From IMG/VR virus record IMGVR_UViG_3300026473_000783: 64,000 nucleotides of DNA; one strand, 5' to 3'. A program made the position numbers and the translations under genes. Position 1 is the stretch's first letter. Each line of letters opens with the position of its first letter. Of this stretch, positions 37,937 to 47,370 are shown piece after piece. This DNA is from a virus. Taxonomy: Duplodnaviria; Heunggongvirae; Uroviricota; Caudoviricetes. The notes beneath the pieces were generated by a model. It did not search any database, was not told the origin of the DNA, and saw only the letters and a list, made by a program, of their open reading frames with translations.

Positions 37937-38512
37937 TTATTTTAAAGCCTCTAAAATAGCGAGTTTATCTTTAAGACCTTTTAAAGTGGACTCATAGGTT
38001 GAATTATCAGAAACAATTCGGCAAGATCGATATAAACCATTTTTTTGATATTTTTCCAAATAATGGAGCCACTCTTGAACTGTCATATCGAATGAATTGC
38101 CATAACAATTTAAATACCCTTTAATTTTTTGAGAGATTCCTTTTAATGATTTTATTTTATTATGTGAACAATAAAAGTCTCCATCAACTTCTTTAGGACA
38201 AAACTCTAATGATTCAAGTTTATTAAACGAACAATGAAAAATTCCATGAACTTCTTGAGGACAACCCTCTAATGATTCAAGTAAATTATATGAACATTTA
38301 AAAAATCCACGAACTTCTAATGGACAACCATATAATGATTTGAGTTTATTATAGGCGCAATCAAAACATCCATCCACAATACCAAATTGAAAAGGAATTT
38401 TTTCCAAATTTCTATAACGAAGATCAACACTTTGAAAACAATCTAAAATGCCCGTTTTTTCAAACTTTTCTTTATCATATTTGGTGATTCCAAAATCTTC
38501 AGGCTTTTTCAT
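37937..38512 (-). CDS. family-A LRR-like protein
   Basis: MKKPEDFGITKYDKEKF..., CSYNxLxSLxGCPxEV repeats, tail CRIVSDNSTYESTLKGLKDKLAILEALK; sigma-28-like motif 38530-38556 lies inside track ORF. Confidence 0.6.
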   Translation of the reverse strand: MKKPEDFGITKYDKEKFEKTGILDCFQSVDLRYRNLEKIPFQFGIVDGCFDCAYNKLKSLYGCPLEVRGFFKCSYNLLESLEGCPQEVHGIFHCSFNKLESLEFCPKEVDGDFYCSHNKIKSLKGISQKIKGYLNCYGNSFDMTVQEWLHYLEKYQKNGLYRSCRIVSDNSTYESTLKGLKDKLAILEALK

Positions 38513-38529
38513 AATTATCCTTTTTAATT

Positions 38530-38556
38530 TTTTCGGCATTTTTCTTAAAAACTTTA
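38530..38556 (-). promoter_or_regulatory. sigma-28-type promoter candidate
   Basis: TAAAGTTT-N11-GCCGAAAA upstream of LRR gene. Confidence 0.5.
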
Positions 38557-38587
38557 ACTTATTATAAGAAGTGTTAAAATAAAATTT

Positions 38588-38980
38588 TTATTTTTTAATC
38601 AGCTGCTTAAAAAGGCTGAATCCTACAATTAAAGAAGAGATCCATCCGTAAATATCGGCTAAATTTGCTACACACCACCCTAAATTGATAAAATCTACAA
38701 CCCCGTTAGAATCGAATCTACCAATGTAATTGCCTAGAAATGAGGCTAAAACAAAGCTATAAGCCCATTGTTGCGTTTTTTTAGATTCAATCATAGAAAC
38801 TGTATAAATTGAAAAACAAATCAATCCTAGAGGTAATATGAACTTTACCGTATCATTTGCTAATAGGTTAAAAACCATATCTTTATTGTAGACGACTAAA
38901 TCACTAAAAAAAATAGTGGCTATTTTTTTTGAGATAAGGTCTAAACTAAGTAAAAAGATTGTTTTAACAGTTGTGTTCAT
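38588..38980 (-). CDS. signal peptidase II (LspA)-like membrane protein
   Basis: Paralog of 21030..21422; start reassigned to MNTTVK Met, 15 nt from the -12. Confidence 0.5.
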   Translation of the reverse strand: MNTTVKTIFLLSLDLISKKIATIFFSDLVVYNKDMVFNLLANDTVKFILPLGLICFSIYTVSMIESKKTQQWAYSFVLASFLGNYIGRFDSNGVVDFINLGWCVANLADIYGWISSLIVGFSLFKQLIKK

Positions 38981-38991
38981 AATCAACCATC

Positions 38992-39120
38992 GTAGCAATT
39001 GATAGGCCAATTTAAAACAAACCTATTCGATTTAATAGATAGGATTGTTTAAAGATTTGATAGAAATACTTTAAGTTATTGATTTTACTAGATGTAAAAC
39101 TTTTAATCGATGTCAAAAAA
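38992..39120 (-). promoter_or_regulatory. sigma-54 promoter cassette
   Basis: TTGGCCTATCAATTGCT; UAS 39077-39120. Confidence 0.6.
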
Positions 39121-39158
39121 ATAACTATCAATTCTATAAAATTTTTTAAAAAACATCT

Positions 39159-39311
39159 TCACTCATGTTTTTTACTTTTTTTCTCGTTTTCAATTTCCCA
39201 AGAGTTTTTAAATCGTTTATCTGTTTTACAATAAACCTGACTTTGACATCCACATCCTTTAAATAAAAACATTAAAACTATAGGTGTTAAAAAAAATAAA
39301 ATAGCTTCCAT
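39159..39311 (-). CDS. small membrane peptide (50 aa)
   Basis: MEAILFFLTPIVLMFLFKGCGCQSQVYCKTDKRF...; second gene of a small sigma-54 operon; below ORF-track cutoff. Confidence 0.3.
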   Translation of the reverse strand: MEAILFFLTPIVLMFLFKGCGCQSQVYCKTDKRFKNSWEIENEKKSKKHE

Positions 39312-39326
39312 TTTGGATAATCCTTT

Positions 39327-39434
39327 CTAGTCGAACGCCTCTGACTCTTCATTTAAGACTTTGATATATTCTGCTGATATTGAGCCTGATCTATCCTCTA
39401 CACAGCTCATTTTTGGCATTTTCTTTTTATTCAT
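39327..39434 (-). CDS. small protein (35 aa)
   Basis: MNKKKMPKMSCVEDRSGSISAEYIKVLNEESEAFD; RBS AGGAGATAAAT; directly downstream of sigma-54 cassette 39456-39592. Confidence 0.3.
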   Translation of the reverse strand: MNKKKMPKMSCVEDRSGSISAEYIKVLNEESEAFD

Positions 39435-39455
39435 ATTTATCTCCTATCAATTACT

Positions 39456-39592
39456 GTAGCAATCTTTAGGCCAATCTTTAAATGAATCTATTCGATTTAA
39501 TAGATAGGATTGTTTAAAGATTTGATAGAAACTTTTTAAGTTATTGATTTTATTAGGTGTCAAAGGTTTGTGCGGTGTTTAAAAGATGTTTA
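39456..39592 (-). promoter_or_regulatory. sigma-54 promoter cassette
   Basis: TTGGCCTAAAGATTGCT; UAS 39543-39592; drives two small-peptide genes. Confidence 0.6.
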
Positions 39593-40000
39593 CATAAAAT
39601 AGTCTAAAATAGCTTTTTTTTCTTTAAGATTTTCAAGAGTAATCTCATAGTTAGTATTTCGGACGATCCGAATATATGGATATATATGTTGATTTTTTTC
39701 TAAAGCGATAAGACACAAATCAACCGTTTGCTCTTTTATGTATTGAATGCAATATGATGATATTTCAACGCTTTTTTTACATAAATTATTTGATTGGGTT
39801 GAGATTAAAGAAAGCACTGAATTATCTATTTCTATGTACTTTAAAACTTTTTCTTCACTTAATGAATTAAAATAATTTTTAAAAAGATAAAATTCTTCTT
39901 TTGTACAAAAATTATATTCAGGCCATAAATCAATAGATTGCCAAAAATGGTTTTCTTGAACTTTTTTTAAGAATAATTCTTTAATTTTTTGATTTGTCAT
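39590..40000 (-). CDS. family-B DUF4116-like repeat protein
   Basis: MTNQKIKELF...IRIVRNTNYEITLENLKEKKAILDYFM. Confidence 0.5.
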   Translation of the reverse strand: MTNQKIKELFLKKVQENHFWQSIDLWPEYNFCTKEEFYLFKNYFNSLSEEKVLKYIEIDNSVLSLISTQSNNLCKKSVEISSYCIQYIKEQTVDLCLIALEKNQHIYPYIRIVRNTNYEITLENLKEKKAILDYFM

Positions 40001-40431
40001 TTAAAAGCCTCTAAAACAGCCTTTTTTTCTAATAAATTCTGTATAGTTTTTTCATGATCTGGATTTGGGACTATTCTAACGAAATTGTGGCAATAATTAT
40101 CAACTTCTAAAGATTTAAGACATAAATCAACTGTTTGAGATCTAATATGCACAAGATTGTAAGGGTTGCATTTTATAGCAAATTCACATAATTCTTTGGT
40201 TTGATCTGTTATAGCAGAAAAAATTGAGCTATCTTTTTCTATATATTTTAAAATCTCTTTTTCGCTTAGTTGATTAAGCCAAATAATAAAATCCTCCATT
40301 TCTTCTGGATCACAAATACCGTTAAAAACCCAATCTTCGAAGCAAATAAGGTCATGCGTTAAATTTTCTTTAAATTTTTCTTTAACTTCAATTCTGTTTA
40401 AAAATCTTTTGTAAGGTTTTAAATTTTTCAT
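39997..40431 (-). CDS. family-B DUF4116-like repeat protein
   Basis: ...VRIVPNPDHEKTIQNLLEKKAVLEAFK; 4-nt overlap with next gene. Confidence 0.5.
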   Translation of the reverse strand: MKNLKPYKRFLNRIEVKEKFKENLTHDLICFEDWVFNGICDPEEMEDFIIWLNQLSEKEILKYIEKDSSIFSAITDQTKELCEFAIKCNPYNLVHIRSQTVDLCLKSLEVDNYCHNFVRIVPNPDHEKTIQNLLEKKAVLEAFK

Positions 40432-40439
40432 TTTATCCT

Positions 40440-40859
40440 TTATTTTAAAGCGTTTAAAAGTTCTTTTTTCTTTTTTAGATTTAAAAGAGTTGTCTTAAAA
40501 TCAGGATTTGGGACAATTCTTACATGTTTGTGAATATGAACCTCGTATGAAAATTTATCTAAAGCCGTTAAGCAAATGTCAACAGATTGCTGGTTTTGAT
40601 TAATAAATTCTAAAAGTTCAGGATAAGAATCTAATATAAAAAGAATTGATTCTTCACTTAAGTCTTTTGCGATTATTTTAAAAGATTGTTGAAAGTCTTT
40701 ATCGTATCGAAGGTAAGTTTTTAAATTTTTTTGAGAAAAAATCAATATGTTTTCATTTTTTGTATTTATATAATCTTTTAAAAGCAAGATTTGTTTTTTT
40801 CTTGTAGTAAAAATTACAAACAAAATATATGTTAAAAATCCAAAAAAAACAAAATACAC
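40440..40859 (-). CDS. family-B-like protein with N-terminal TM
   Basis: ...VRIVPNPDFKTTLLNLKKKKELLNALK. Confidence 0.45.
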   Translation of the reverse strand: MYFVFFGFLTYILFVIFTTRKKQILLLKDYINTKNENILIFSQKNLKTYLRYDKDFQQSFKIIAKDLSEESILFILDSYPELLEFINQNQQSVDICLTALDKFSYEVHIHKHVRIVPNPDFKTTLLNLKKKKELLNALK

Positions 40860-40933
40860 GATGTAAATAAGAGATATGGAATCTCTTCATCGGTAAAAAA
40901 TGTTTTATAAGATTTTAAAAAATTCATTTTTTC

Positions 40934-41284
40934 CTATTTTAGGTTTTTATTTCCCTGATTTGGGAAAATTGTTTTTAAAGGATAGTCTCCTCTAATTGTG
41001 TAAAGTAAAAGTTTAGGAGTTCTATAAGCTTGAACGCTTGAATCTCCATGCCAAAGATCTATTGAGTTTTCTAGATCTTTTTTTGAAATCGAGTTAATTC
41101 CTAATTCTTTTAATTTGAATAAAACGGTTTCAACATTTATTGATTTTTTCTCAAGTAAGCATATTGATAAGTCTCTTAAAAAATAAGAGTTAATTATTTC
41201 TTTTTTAGATAAATATTTAATTGAGGTTATTGACTTTTCTGTAATTTCTTTTTCTTCTATTAAAGATTCTGGAACTTTTTTCAT
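40934..41284 (-). CDS. hypothetical protein (116 aa)
   Basis: ORF only. Confidence 0.35.
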   Translation of the reverse strand: MKKVPESLIEEKEITEKSITSIKYLSKKEIINSYFLRDLSICLLEKKSINVETVLFKLKELGINSISKKDLENSIDLWHGDSSVQAYRTPKLLLYTIRGDYPLKTIFPNQGNKNLK

Positions 41285-41394
41285 GTATTCTCCTTATAAG
41301 GATTGTCGGGATTTTTTTAAAAAGCTTTAGCTTTTTTTTAATTTTGATTAAAATCGAGACACTTTTTGATAATTTTATCAAAATAAGTCAAGTT

Positions 41395-42159
41395 CTATTT
41401 TAAAGCTTCTAAAATTGATAGTTTTTCTTTAAGTCCATTTAAGGTGGATTCATAGGTTGAATTATTTGGAACAATTCGGCAAGATAGATATAAATCACTT
41501 TTTTTATACATTTTTAAATATTTAATCCACTCTTTAGCGCTAATATCAAATGGATTGTTTTCACAACAAAGATATCCTTTAAAATTTTCTGGAAATCCTT
41601 TTAATGATTTAAGCTGATTATATACACAATAAAAATCTCCACCAATTTCTTTAGGGCAACCTTCTAATGATTCAAGCAAATTATATGAACAACTAAAACT
41701 TTCATGAACTTTTAATGGACAACCTTTTAATGATTTGAGTTGATTGCGTGAAAAATCAAAATCCCCTTCAACTTCTTTAGGACAGCCTTCTAATGATTTT
41801 AGTTGATTGCTGGAACAGACAAAATCTCCATTAGTTTTTTTAGGACAATCCTCTAATGATTCAAGTTGATTATTTGAACAATCAAAATTGCCATTGACTT
41901 TTTTAGGACAACCCTCTAATGATTTAAGTTGATTATGTGAACAATCAAAAAATCCATTAACTTCTTTAGGGCAACCTTCTAATGATTTGAGTTGATTATT
42001 GGCACAATCAAAAAATCCATCCACAATGCCAAATTGAAAAGGAATTTTTTCCAAATTTCTATCGATAAGATTAACCCCTTGAAAGCAATCTAAAATTCCC
42101 GTTTTTTCAAACTTTTCTTTATTATATTTAGTGATTCCAAAATCTTCAGGTTTTTTCAT
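41395..42159 (-). CDS. family-A LRR-like protein (254 aa, ~8 repeats)
   Basis: CSHNQLKSLEGCPKEVNGFFD-type repeats; RBS AAGAGGAG; sigma-28-like motif 42177-42203. Confidence 0.6.
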   Translation of the reverse strand: MKKPEDFGITKYNKEKFEKTGILDCFQGVNLIDRNLEKIPFQFGIVDGFFDCANNQLKSLEGCPKEVNGFFDCSHNQLKSLEGCPKKVNGNFDCSNNQLESLEDCPKKTNGDFVCSSNQLKSLEGCPKEVEGDFDFSRNQLKSLKGCPLKVHESFSCSYNLLESLEGCPKEIGGDFYCVYNQLKSLKGFPENFKGYLCCENNPFDISAKEWIKYLKMYKKSDLYLSCRIVPNNSTYESTLNGLKEKLSILEALK

Positions 42160-42176
42160 TTATTCTCCTCTTTAAT

Positions 42177-42203
42177 CTTTTCGGAACTATTCTTAAAAAC
42201 TTT
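42177..42203 (-). promoter_or_regulatory. sigma-28-type promoter candidate
   Basis: TAAAGTTT-N11-TCCGAAAA upstream of LRR gene. Confidence 0.5.
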
Positions 42204-42207
42204 AATT

Positions 42208-42759
42208 TTATTTTAAAGCCTCTAAAATGGCTTTTTTCTCTAATAAATTTTTTAAAGTAGTTTCATAATTTGGATTTGGAACAATTCTAATATAATTACA
42301 AGCATTTCTTCTTTTTTGTAAAGCTAAAATACACAAATCAATTGTTTGTTCTTTAATCAGCGCTATGTTATACGGATCTTTTTCAATAGCTAAACGACAT
42401 AAGTAATCGGTTTGATTTCGAACATATTCAAAAGTCCAAGGCGATTTATTTATTGCTAACTCGCATAAAAATTCTGTTTGGTTATTTAAAAATCTAATAC
42501 AGGTTGGAGCTTTTTCAATAGCAGTTTGACAGATCGATTCTGTTTGATTTTTTATAACTTTTAAAATTGAAGGATCTTTCTGTATATATTTTAATAACTG
42601 TTTTTCACTTAATTGATTTAACCAATTTGAAAAATTATTAAATTCTTCTAAAGAACAAACATTGTCTCTAACCCAGAATCTAAATCCTAAGCTTTCTTTT
42701 TTTAATTTTTTTTCAAATAATTGTTTAATCAAATTTAAAATATCCTTTTGTTGGGTCAA
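42208..42759 (-). CDS. family-B DUF4116-like repeat protein (183 aa)
   Basis: ...IRIVPNPNYETTLKNLLEKKAILEALK. Confidence 0.55.
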   Translation of the reverse strand: MTQQKDILNLIKQLFEKKLKKESLGFRFWVRDNVCSLEEFNNFSNWLNQLSEKQLLKYIQKDPSILKVIKNQTESICQTAIEKAPTCIRFLNNQTEFLCELAINKSPWTFEYVRNQTDYLCRLAIEKDPYNIALIKEQTIDLCILALQKRRNACNYIRIVPNPNYETTLKNLLEKKAILEALK

Positions 42760-43087
42760 AATTAAATTTAAGCTTTGATTTTTTTAATAAATAAACCTCT
42801 AAAGTTGATTTTCTCCATTTCGTTAAAACTTCATACGAACCACTTATTCCTAACATTTCTAAAATTACAAAACAATCCTTATTATTTTTGTCTGTATAAG
42901 AGATGTCGAGCAGCAACGTTTTAGAGTCTTTATCAAAATCTGCCATATCGACAGTATAGTTTTTAGTCTTATTATCAACAAGCATTAAAAACCCTAAATC
43001 TCCCATTTTTAAAACGCGACAAGATTTTATAAATTTTTTCTTTACTTTTTGAGCTTTTTTATTATAGGCTTGAACTTTTATTTTCAT
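42725..43087 (-). CDS. hypothetical protein (120 aa)
   Basis: ORF overlapping start of 42208..42759. Confidence 0.35.
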   Translation of the reverse strand: MKIKVQAYNKKAQKVKKKFIKSCRVLKMGDLGFLMLVDNKTKNYTVDMADFDKDSKTLLLDISYTDKNNKDCFVILEMLGISGSYEVLTKWRKSTLEVYLLKKSKLKFNFDPTKGYFKFD

Positions 43088-43161
43088 AAATTTCCTTCAT
43101 ATAAAATTTTAACATAAATTCTATATAAATGATTATTTTTTTATAAATATCTCAAATCGAA

Positions 43162-43419
43162 TCAATCCTTAAATGAGTCAATAATTGTTTTCTTTTCTAA
43201 TAAATTTTTAAGAGTTGTCTCATAGTCGGGATTTGAAACTATTCTAACATGTTTATAATTAGCTTTATTTTGTCTTAAAGCTAAAAGACAGGTATTAACA
43301 GATTGATCCGGAACGATTTCTAAAGAACCGGAAAGTTGTTCAATAAATGTTTGACCCATTTTGATTGTTTTAAAGTGATCTTCTATAAAATAAAAAGCGA
43401 CTGATTTAGTTTCAGTCAT
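43162..43419 (-). CDS. family-B-like short protein
   Basis: ...VRIVSNPDYETTLKNLLEKKTIIDSFKD; track start 43452 lies inside repeat copy B, Met 43419 preferred. Confidence 0.45.
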   Translation of the reverse strand: MTETKSVAFYFIEDHFKTIKMGQTFIEQLSGSLEIVPDQSVNTCLLALRQNKANYKHVRIVSNPDYETTLKNLLEKKTIIDSFKD

Positions 43420-43430
43420 AACTTTTTCAA

Positions 43431-43648
43431 CTTTTTGGCCGCAATATATCATTGAACCAATCGGAGATTATCTCCGAAATCCTCCGTTAGAAGGTTCTTC
43501 TCTCATCAAAACCAATATATGGTCTCTCCAGAAGCTTAAACTCTAATTTTTTAGAGTTTTCCCCATTAAAGTGGGGTCATGAACTTATTTAACCACTTCT
43601 TCCCTATTTTGTCAAGAAAAAAATAACTCAATAAAATCAATTACTTAG
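43431..43648 (-). repeat. structured ~220-bp repeat, copy B (solo)
   Basis: About 95% identical to 47988-48168 and to the reverse complement of 49865-50085; contains hairpins CCCCA-N6-TGGGG, CGGAGATTATCTCCG, AACTCTA-N7-TAGAGTT; begins with partial UAS and TTGACA-N17-TTAAAT; ends at start of 43162..43419. Confidence 0.6.
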
Positions 43649-43860
43649 TATAGGGGTGTATGATTTTATTGTTGTTTTATGACAAAAACATTAGTAAAAA
43701 CAACTTGAATGAAGTTGAGGGTTTTATGTTTTGTAAATTATTGTTTTTACTTGATAAAATATATTTTAGCAACACTCAAGTATCACTCCCCTGCTTTAAC
43801 TATTTGAATTGATTAGATGTTAAAATTATAGTCAGTGCTTAGAAAATATACAGGTCATTT

Positions 43861-44328
43861 TTATTTTAAAGCTTCTATAATTTCTTTTTTCTCTTTAAGG
43901 TTTTTAAGAGTTGTTTCAAAATCTGGATTTGAAACAATTCTAACATATCTATAAACAAAGCGTTCTTGTTTTAAAGCTAAAAGACATAAATCGACACTTT
44001 GTATTTTTATGCTTTTTAAACAAAGCGGATTACGACTAATCGCAAGTTTAGAAAAATGATAGGCTTGTTCTGAAACAATCCCAATAACCCAAGAATTGGC
44101 CTCAATTGATTTTAAGATAAATTGTTCAGTTTTATTTTCTATTGCTGAAAAAATAGTGTGGTCTTTTTTAAAAAGATCAAACAACTCCTCGTCGTTGAGT
44201 TGATTTGGCCATTTTTTGAAAAGAATCATTTCATTTTCTGTACAGATATTTTCTTTTACCCAATTAACAAATAAATAGTTTTTGTTTTTTTTCTTTTCAA
44301 ATAAATTTTTAATTTCTTGATTTGTCAT
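43861..44328 (-). CDS. family-B DUF4116-like repeat protein
   Basis: MTNQEIKNLFE...VRIVSNPDFETTLKNLKEKKEIIEALK. Confidence 0.55.
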   Translation of the reverse strand: MTNQEIKNLFEKKKNKNYLFVNWVKENICTENEMILFKKWPNQLNDEELFDLFKKDHTIFSAIENKTEQFILKSIEANSWVIGIVSEQAYHFSKLAISRNPLCLKSIKIQSVDLCLLALKQERFVYRYVRIVSNPDFETTLKNLKEKKEIIEALK

Positions 44329-44330
44329 TT

Positions 44331-44531
44331 CTACTCTTTTAAAACTTTAATGGAATCTTCTGGTAAAACAACAGCTAAAGTTCTGCCATCATCCCATTTA
44401 ATCCAAATTTGCGTTTGTTTAAAGTATAAAAGCTCTCTAATCTCTTCAATAATACCTCTTTGACCAACATTGATTGGATCTGGATCAACTCCCATGTGAA
44501 CTAATTCCACTTTATCGCCAACTTTAAACAT
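44331..44531 (-). CDS. DUF4314-like small protein
   Basis: FKVGDKVELV...GQRGIIEEI......IWIKWDDGRTLAVV resembles DUF4314. Confidence 0.4.
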   Translation of the reverse strand: MFKVGDKVELVHMGVDPDPINVGQRGIIEEIRELLYFKQTQIWIKWDDGRTLAVVLPEDSIKVLKE

Positions 44532-44675
44532 TTCAGCTCCTATTTGTTATAGCTTATCATTAAATATATAATTTAAAAACTTTTTTTAATATAAGTATTT
44601 TTTTGAGAAATTATTATTTTTAAATTTAAAAATGTCTTTTTTTATATTTTTTTCATTTAAAATGAGGGGGTAGAT

Positions 44676-44858
44676 ATGAGTTCAAATTATGAAGTTGTTG
44701 TTATTCGAAGTAAAGATGATATTCGAGTTTTAAAAAGTGGATTAACTAAAAAAGAAGCAGAAGCGATAGCGAAAGACTGGGAAGAGACAATTTTTAATAG
44801 AGATGTTTTTTTTGATCCAGTTCCTAAAGTTAAAGTTCGTGTATCAAAGGAAGAGTAA
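44676..44858 (+). CDS. hypothetical protein (60 aa)
   Basis: RBS GAGGGGG. Confidence 0.4.
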   Translation: MSSNYEVVVIRSKDDIRVLKSGLTKKEAEAIAKDWEETIFNRDVFFDPVPKVKVRVSKEE

Positions 44859-44901
44859 TCTCTTCCTTTTTTTATATTTGATATTTTTCAAGTTTTTCCA
44901 A

Positions 44902-45114
44902 TTATTCTTTTTCTAATTTTTCTAAATTTTTAAGTAAAGAAGCATAAGCTGAATTGGCTTCTTCCGATGAATCAAATAAAATCTCCAACTCTGCAGAGTC
45001 CCCTAGTGTCCACACATCAAAAGCCCAATAATCTCCATTCTTATAAACACCTGCAGTTTTACAAACTTTTGAAAGTGATATAAAATAAAATGATCGACTT
45101 GTTTTAATAATCAT
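44902..45114 (-). CDS. hypothetical protein (70 aa)
   Basis: ORF only. Confidence 0.35.
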   Translation of the reverse strand: MIIKTSRSFYFISLSKVCKTAGVYKNGDYWAFDVWTLGDSAELEILFDSSEEANSAYASLLKNLEKLEKE

Positions 45115-45177
45115 AAAACCACCTATTCTTCCATTTCTTCTATTTTTTGACTAAGCTGTAAAAAAGCTTTTTCCGTA

Positions 45178-45498
45178 TCAATAATCATCACGGTCAACAA
45201 GTTTCCACTTGGGAGAAGTGTCTTCCTTGTTAATTTCCTCGAAAGGTCCAATTTCTTTTAAAGTATTAGAAAGTTCTTTGAATGTGGTTCTATGAAAGAT
45301 TTGTCGCATAGTCCAGGTAGTTACCGTAACCGAACCATCTTTATTTTTTTTCATGCGAGTAATGTTGTTAAATTCGGCGGCATCTTCTACCCCTAGTTTA
45401 AGCCAGAACTTGTTGTATTTTGCTGTAAAAGATTGTTTTTCTTGTTTTGTCATCTCTACCTCTTTCTTTATTATATTCCTATCTGTTTTAATTATCAT
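45178..45498 (-). CDS. hypothetical protein (~106 aa)
   Basis: Internal Met with RBS GGAGG, 18 nt from sigma-28-like -10 (45516-45542); track ORF over-extended. Confidence 0.45.
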   Translation of the reverse strand: MIIKTDRNIIKKEVEMTKQEKQSFTAKYNKFWLKLGVEDAAEFNNITRMKKNKDGSVTVTTWTMRQIFHRTTFKELSNTLKEIGPFEEINKEDTSPKWKLVDRDDY

Positions 45499-45515
45499 CT
45501 CGACCTCCAAATCAC

Positions 45516-45542
45516 TTATCGGTACATTTTTTTTAAACTTTA
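45516..45542 (-). promoter_or_regulatory. sigma-28-type promoter candidate
   Basis: TAAAGTTT-N11-ACCGATAA. Confidence 0.5.
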
Positions 45543-45544
45543 AT

Positions 45545-45865
45545 TTAGCAATCAAAAAACTTATCACATCGCGTTAAAACTTTCCCTCTTTTTCGCCAAA
45601 ACTCAACAATTTCAAGGGAGGATTGAGCTGTTTGGTCAAAATACTCAAAAGGGGTTAGTTTTTGATTTAAAGCTTCTTCAACCTTATCGTAAAGATAGGT
45701 CGCAACGCCTTTTCTTCTGTATTTTGGATCAACAAAGCAATTAAAAGCGATAAGTTTGTTTTCTTTTTTTAAAACAGTTAAAAATCCAACCCTAAAATCG
45801 TCATCCCAAACTTCGAATTGTAAATTTTCACTATTTTTTATTGTTTTTGTTATTTTTAAATCCAT
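45545..45865 (-). CDS. GNAT-family N-acetyltransferase
   Basis: VDPKYRRKGVATYLYDKVEE; sigma-54 cassette TTGGCACCTTTATTGCT with ATG 14 nt from -12. Confidence 0.5.
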   Translation of the reverse strand: MDLKITKTIKNSENLQFEVWDDDFRVGFLTVLKKENKLIAFNCFVDPKYRRKGVATYLYDKVEEALNQKLTPFEYFDQTAQSSLEIVEFWRKRGKVLTRCDKFFDC

Positions 45866-45875
45866 AACTTGATGA

Positions 45876-46022
45876 TAAGCAATAAAGGTGCCAAGTCATG
45901 TCGTTTTTATTTCATTTAAAAACGCTTCTAAACGAGCACTGTTTAACTTTTTTACAAATCTTAGCTAAGAGGTTGATTTTGTTAGGTGTCGAGCTTATAG
46001 GCGATGTTAAGAGGTTTTACAC
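45876..46022 (-). promoter_or_regulatory. sigma-54 promoter cassette
   Basis: TTGGCACCTTTATTGCT; UAS 45971-46022. Confidence 0.65.
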
Positions 46023-46142
46023 ATTTTTTAATCTAAATAATTGAAATTTAATCGTTTTAATTTAAAAGTTTAAGATTGCGACTTTTTTGAGTCCATATTT
46101 TTATTATATAAACAAAATAGGGGGTTTTAACCCCCTTTAAAA

Positions 46143-46928
46143 TCATTGACCTTGCTTTAAATTCTTTAAATCAAGAAGAGGTGTTCCGCCACTTCCAATA
46201 ACTGTTGGCAGGACTCCATTCCATTTTTCAATAGCCATTTTTTGTAAAAGCATAGGAGTGATAGAGGATCTAAGCAAAGCTTGAGCCTCAGCTTGTCCCT
46301 TTGCTGTATTCACTAGAGCTTGCGATTCATTTTTTGCTTTTTCAGCTAAATACAAAGCTCTTTTTGCTTCTTGCTCAGCCACCATTTTTTGTTCAACTGA
46401 TTGCGTATATTCTCGGCTAAAAGTTAAGTTCACAATTGATACATCTCGAACCTTAATATTGTATTTAGCTAATCGTTCAATTAAATCATTATCAATCTCA
46501 TCTTTAAGCTCTTGACGCTTCGATAAAACTTCATCAAGGGTTCTTTTTGAAGTTGATTTTTTCAAAACCTCATGAACAGCAGGGTAAAGAACTCGTTCAA
46601 CCGCAGTATCTTCGTCTCCAAATTCAGAAACAATTTTTACAACATTTTCTGGATCAACCTGATAGTTTACAGCTATATGAACTTCAACTTGTTGATTTCC
46701 TAATGCAACTGCTTCACTTTTTTCAATATCAGCTTTTTGTGTTTGAACCGAGATTTTTCTAACAGAAGAAACCAATGGAAACACGAAATAAACATCCGGT
46801 TCCAAAGGCTTTTCATTAACTTTTCCAAAAGTTACACGAACACCTCGTTCACCAGGGCCAACGACTGTACAAGAGCTGATTATCCCGAGCACTGAGAGTA
46901 GCGTTAATAGTTTTGTTATTTTTTTCAT
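46143..46928 (-). CDS. SPFH/band-7 domain lipoprotein
   Basis: Lipobox LGIISSC; prohibitin/HflC-like core followed by coiled coil. Confidence 0.65.
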   Translation of the reverse strand: MKKITKLLTLLSVLGIISSCTVVGPGERGVRVTFGKVNEKPLEPDVYFVFPLVSSVRKISVQTQKADIEKSEAVALGNQQVEVHIAVNYQVDPENVVKIVSEFGDEDTAVERVLYPAVHEVLKKSTSKRTLDEVLSKRQELKDEIDNDLIERLAKYNIKVRDVSIVNLTFSREYTQSVEQKMVAEQEAKRALYLAEKAKNESQALVNTAKGQAEAQALLRSSITPMLLQKMAIEKWNGVLPTVIGSGGTPLLDLKNLKQGQ

Positions 46929-46942
46929 ATTTTCTCCTTTTT

Positions 46943-47320
46943 TTATTTGAAAAGATTTACATTTTCGTAAACTTTTTTATTTTCAAAATAACCTTCAACT
47001 AAATTATCAATACTCTCAATTAAAGAATCAACATCTATATCATGAAGAGTTTGAGAGTTTTTTCTTTTAATAAATGATCCATTTGATAGAGTTCCAATTT
47101 GAATATCGTAATAATCCTTATAGTTTAAAGTAATTAAAACATGTTTTTTATGTTTCAACCCATTAACTTTAAAAATTAAACCACCTAAATGATTTTTATT
47201 ATCTTCATTTAAGAATTGATTTTCTTTAAAGCTTTTAAAAGAAGAAGCTCCCCAAGCGTAAAGAGAGTTTAGGTCTAGGCTTTTTAATTGATTAAAAATA
47301 ATATTTCCAACATTTTCCAT
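46943..47320 (-). CDS. hypothetical protein (125 aa)
   Basis: Sigma-28-like motif 47341-47367. Confidence 0.45.
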   Translation of the reverse strand: MENVGNIIFNQLKSLDLNSLYAWGASSFKSFKENQFLNEDNKNHLGGLIFKVNGLKHKKHVLITLNYKDYYDIQIGTLSNGSFIKRKNSQTLHDIDVDSLIESIDNLVEGYFENKKVYENVNLFK

Positions 47321-47340
47321 AAAATCTCCATTCTATCAAT

Positions 47341-47367
47341 TTATCGGAAAGTTTTTTAAAAACTTTA
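47341..47367 (-). promoter_or_regulatory. sigma-28-type promoter candidate
   Basis: TAAAGTTT-N11-TCCGATAA. Confidence 0.5.
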
Positions 47368-47370
47368 GCT

